This document shows, piece by piece, positions 63,242 through 64,000 of a stretch of DNA of 64,000 bases. Both the position numbers and the translations under genes were made by a program. Under the pieces are notes generated by a model, which was not told the DNA's origin, did no database searches, and saw nothing but the letters and a program-made list of their open reading frames with translations. The DNA is from Candidatus Saccharimonadota bacterium. GTDB lineage: Bacteria; Patescibacteriota; Saccharimonadia; Saccharimonadales; DTSZ01. Location of the stretch: assembly GCA_012965045.1 (NCBI GenBank), contig DTSZ01000001.1, forward strand, positions 812,024 to 876,023, given 5' to 3'. Every line of letters begins with the position of its first letter. Positions within the stretch are counted from its first letter, which is position 1.

Positions 63242-64000
63242 ATGGCTACGACACAACAAGTACGGATCGAAACACTGTTAGAAACAGTATTAAAAAAAGA
63301 TGCTTCAGACCTTCATATTCAGTTAGCTTCTAAGCCTATGCTTCGTATTGATGGCCAACTTGTGCCAGTTGAAAACTCTACCGAATTAACAGAAGAACAA
63401 GTTGAGTCACTTATTTTCTCAGTTCTAGACGACGACCAAAAAAAGATCTTACTCAAAGATAAAGAAATTGATTTCTCTTTTGCATTTGGTGATTTGGGGC
63501 GGTTCCGCGCCAACGCCTTTCATGAACGTGGCAATTTAGCGCTTGCACTTCGACTTATTCCTAATGAAATTCGAACCATTACTGATCTTGGACTACCTAA
63601 AGTAGTCAGCGCGTTTACGGAATATGGCAGAGGCCTCGTGTTGGTGACTGGACCAACTGGCTCCGGTAAGTCAACAACATTGGCGGCCATGATCGACAAG
63701 ATAAATGAAGAAAAAGCAACTCACATCATAACTATCGAAGACCCAATTGAGTATATTCATAAAAGTAAGAAGGCCTTGATTGTTCAGCGCGAACTTCATT
63801 ATGACACTGTTTCTTTCGGCGAGGCGCTGCGTTCATCATTGCGGCAAGACCCTGACGTAATCCTCGTTGGCGAGATGCGAGACCTAGACACAATCTCTAC
63901 TGCAATTACACTGGCAGAAACCGGACACTTGGTTTTTGCCACGCTCCACACCAACTCTGCAGCCCAAACAGTGGATCGCCTTGTTGATGTGTTCCCACCT
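63242..64000 (+). CDS. pilT: twitching-motility retraction ATPase PilT, 3' end cut by the window
   Basis: My translation from ATG 63242 gives MATTQQVRIETLLETVLKKDASDLHIQLASKPMLRIDGQL...GPTGSGKSTTLAAMIDKIN...VGEMRDLDTISTAITLAETGHLVFATLHTNSA. Confidence 0.9.
   Translation, partial: MATTQQVRIETLLETVLKKDASDLHIQLASKPMLRIDGQLVPVENSTELTEEQVESLIFSVLDDDQKKILLKDKEIDFSFAFGDLGRFRANAFHERGNLALALRLIPNEIRTITDLGLPKVVSAFTEYGRGLVLVTGPTGSGKSTTLAAMIDKINEEKATHIITIEDPIEYIHKSKKALIVQRELHYDTVSFGEALRSSLRQDPDVILVGEMRDLDTISTAITLAETGHLVFATLHTNSAAQTVDRLVDVFPP

Noticed and set aside
1-64000. Alternative genetic code (UGA recoding, as in some CPR lineages).
   Set aside because: Conserved genes (rpoD, polA, pnp, ftsK, pilB and others) read full-length in the standard code. 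TGA also functions as a terminator at sensible gene ends, for example 30061-30063 and 56693-56695.
1-64000. Search by eye for tRNA/rRNA genes, CRISPR arrays, IS elements, integrases, DGR reverse transcriptase/TR-VR pairs, and toxin-antitoxin pairs.
   Set aside because: No spacer is long enough or has T-loop-like GTTCGAATC signatures. I saw no regularly spaced direct repeats and no transposase, integrase or RT motifs in any ORF. The absence is by visual inspection only and should be confirmed with tRNAscan-SE, Infernal and CRISPR finders.

Overview
The window is a gene-dense chromosomal segment with about 62 CDS, short spacers and many ATGA/GTGA start-stop overlaps. It reads in the standard genetic code. 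The gene content and style suggest a small-genome monoderm bacterium, probably a CPR/Patescibacteria lineage such as Saccharibacteria; this is inference that I cannot verify without a database search.

Positions 1-34.5 kb are mostly housekeeping. They hold the dnaG-rpoD region with two extra sigma-70 paralogs, polA, pyrE/pyrF, mutM, holA, rpsT, truB-rpsO-pnp, a Nudix hydrolase, a family-4 UDG, RNase J, ftsK, rpsF-ssb-rpsR, efp, tlyA and ychF.

Positions 34.6-39.6 kb look accessory. They hold an Acg-type nitroreductase-like gene translationally coupled to a PaaK/F390-synthetase-like adenylate-forming ligase, a decayed spacer, a second HIT protein, and a 542-aa orphan with a caspase/CHAT-like His...Cys pattern.

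Positions 40.5-64 kb form one contiguous cell-surface locus, which I consider the most interesting part. It holds a secreted HExxH protease, CWB2-type wall-binding proteins (one with a textbook Tat signal), three tandem membrane-anchored TPR-like paralogs and a 1664-aa secreted giant. These are followed directly by a secretin-less type IV pilus operon: pilN, pilO, a pilP-like gene, pilC, pilA, three minor pilins, a 740-aa lectin-tipped PilX-like protein, pilM, pilB and pilT.

I saw no rRNA, tRNA, CRISPR array, transposase or integrase. All family calls rest on motifs I could read in the translations; no searches were run.
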